Shown here: positions 62,327 to 64,000 of the stretch, in pieces
Layout of the letters: the number at the start of each line of letters is the position of its first letter
Numbering within the stretch: the first letter of the stretch is position 1
Assembly (NCBI RefSeq): GCF_039654945.1
Contig: NW_027361838.1
Location: 7,688,001 to 7,752,000 of the forward strand
Source: Dendrobates tinctorius
Lineage: Eukaryota
Direction: 5' to 3'
DNA length: 64,000 nucleotides
Position numbers and translations under genes: made by a program
Notes under the pieces: model-generated
Seen by the model: only the letters and a program-made list of their open reading frames with translations
What the model was told of the DNA's origin: nothing
The model's database searches: none

Positions 62327-64000
62327 TTAGGGAGTTTTAGAAAGTGGCATATGTTGATGTTGGACATTCAGCTGATGCAAAAGGCGAAATAGGTGAAGTC
62401 CCAGGAAGAGGTGGACCAAAGCAAGCCATTTTTCTGTCACCCTATGTGTCATCAGGGGAAGGTGGGACAAATCCTTGGAAACCCATGCATGGTTCATTTT
62501 AATGAAGGTTAGATCATCCACATTTTGGGTTGACAGACGGGTCCTTTTTTCTGTCAGGATTGATCCAGCTGCACTGAAGACTCTTTCCGATAGCACACTT
62601 GCAGCTGGGCAAGCGAGCTCCTGTAAGGCATATTGGGCCAATTCAGGCCAGGTGTCCAGTTTAGCGGCCCAATAGTCAAAGGGGAATGACCTGTGTGGGA
62701 GAACATCGATATGGGAGGAAAAGTAGTTTGTAACCATAGTTGACAACTGCTGTCTCCTGTCACTTTCCATCGATGCAGTATTACCAGTTGTGTGAGCGGT
62801 ATTTGAAAAATCAGTCCACAACATTGTCATGAAACCCCTGTCTCCAACGCCACTTCTGCTGTGTGCACCACGAACACCTCTGCCAAGCTGGCCCCGGCCC
62901 GTACGGCTCGTGTGAGAACCATCACCGCTGCTGTGTGCTGGGAATGCCTCAAGCAACCGATTCACCAGAGTTGCTTGTTTATTAGCCAATATTAGGTCAA
63001 GGTTCTCCTGTGGCATGATATTTTGTAATTTGCCTTTATAGCGTGGATCCAGGATGCTGGCCAACCAGTAGTCGTCATCGTTCATCATTTTGGCAATGCG
63101 GGGGTCCCTTTTTAGGATCTGCAAGGCATAATCTGACATGTGGGCCAATGTTCCCGGTGTCAATGATGCACTGCGAGTGCTGGGTGGAGGAGCACTTTCT
63201 GGCAAATCCACATCCCTCCAGTCACGCACAAACCCTGTACCAGACCTTGCCACGCCAACATTTTCACTTGCCCCACGAGATGCATCCTCCTCCCCTAAGT
63301 AATCATCCCCATCATCATCATCCTCCTCCTCTTCTTCCTCCACCTCGTCCAGGAGAGGTCCCTGAGCAGACAATGGCTGAATGTCATCAAGGATTCCCTC
63401 CTCCTCTTCCTCCTCATCAACATTGGCTGCAGACGACTGCTCCTTAAGGTGCGTCAAAGTTTGCATGAGCAGACGCATAAGTGGGATGCTCATGCTTAGG
63501 ATGGCGTCGTCTGCGCTTACCAGCCGTGTGCATTCCTCAAAACACTGAAGGACTTTACAGAGGTCTTTCAGCTTCGACCACTGCACACCTGTCAGCTCCA
63601 TGTCTGCTCTCAAAGTGCCTGGCCGTGTATCCTCCCACAAATGCATTATGGCCTGCCTCTGCTCGCACAGCCGCTCCACCATGTGCAGGGTGGAGTTCCA
63701 CCTTGTTGCAATGTCGATAATGAGGCGGTGGTTGGGAAGGTGGAGCAATCGCTGCAGCTTCTGCATACGAACGGAGTGTACAGGCGACCGGCGGATGTGT
63801 GCGCACAGTCTTCGCACCTTCTGGAGCAGGGCTGTTAACTCCGGATAATTTTTGAGGAAGCACTGCACCACCAGGTTCAAGGTGTGAGCCAAGCAAGGTA
63901 TGTGGCTGAGTTTTGAAAGGGCTATGGCTGCCACAAAATTACGGCCGTTATCACTAACTACCTTGCCTGCCTCAAGATGTACACTGCCCAGCCATGACTC
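62327..64000 (-). CDS. hAT (Ac/ZBED-like) transposase, 5'-partial, open to the window edge
   Basis: VVSDNG (catalytic D), CLAH, TRWNS, LDPRYK, and dimerization domain WPELAQYAL...SVLSERVFS...RTRLS. Acidic insertion present. Confidence 0.93.
   Translation of the reverse strand, partial: ESWLGSVHLEAGKVVSDNGRNFVAAIALSKLSHIPCLAHTLNLVVQCFLKNYPELTALLQKVRRLCAHIRRSPVHSVRMQKLQRLLHLPNHRLIIDIATRWNSTLHMVERLCEQRQAIMHLWEDTRPGTLRADMELTGVQWSKLKDLCKVLQCFEECTRLVSADDAILSMSIPLMRLLMQTLTHLKEQSSAANVDEEEEEEGILDDIQPLSAQGPLLDEVEEEEEEDDDDGDDYLGEEDASRGASENVGVARSGTGFVRDWRDVDLPESAPPPSTRSASLTPGTLAHMSDYALQILKRDPRIAKMMNDDDYWLASILDPRYKGKLQNIMPQENLDLILANKQATLVNRLLEAFPAHSSGDGSHTSRTGRGQLGRGVRGAHSRSGVGDRGFMTMLWTDFSNTAHTTGNTASMESDRRQQLSTMVTNYFSSHIDVLPHRSFPFDYWAAKLDTWPELAQYALQELACPAASVLSERVFSAAGSILTEKRTRLSTQNVDDLTFIKMNHAWVSKDLSHLPLMTHRVTEKWLALVHLFLGLHLFRLLHQLNVQHQHMPLSKTP

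Larger units (their letters stand above)
59049..64000 (-). mobile_element. hAT DNA transposon, 3' part (continues beyond the window)
   Basis: TAGAGTTGAGCG terminus with short subterminal repeats (aaagtcggg). Transposase at 62327-64000. The other TIR is not visible, so the boundary is inferred. Confidence 0.75.

Noticed and set aside
54541-64000. Further ENOSF1 exons (ATGEQ-containing exon)
   Set aside because: Not found by eye on the minus strand. A short exon could have been missed.

Overview
Repeat-dense vertebrate genomic DNA. The transposon families suggest an anuran amphibian, which is an inference. Two host genes converge tail to tail. TYMS (thymidylate synthase) coding exons 2-7 lie on + at 10954-33610, and exon 1 is not found in the window. 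The last four coding exons of ENOSF1 (rTS, L-fuconate dehydratase) lie on - at 47197-54540. Most of the rest is nested mobile DNA: a near-complete young DIRS1-type tyrosine-recombinase retrotransposon (about 297-6460), a second decayed DIRS, non-autonomous Helitrons, several Tc1 elements, piggyBac-like TTAA elements carrying telomere-like tracts, Harbinger-, Kolobok- and hAT-type MITEs, an internally deleted ERV inside a SCAN-bearing Gmr1-like Gypsy element, Penelope-like fragments, L2/CR1 LINEs, a V-SINE, and a hAT element with an open transposase running off the right edge. The most unexpected signal is a diverged ~500-bp 18S rRNA fragment in the hAT 3' region. It is antisense to the transposase, sits beside a 124/130-bp tandem array, and is bracketed by direct repeats. 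Also notable are a ~517-bp palindrome whose N runs are exactly symmetric, and a ~13.6-kb TE-filled gap that appears to remove the TYMS/ENOSF1 antisense overlap known in human.
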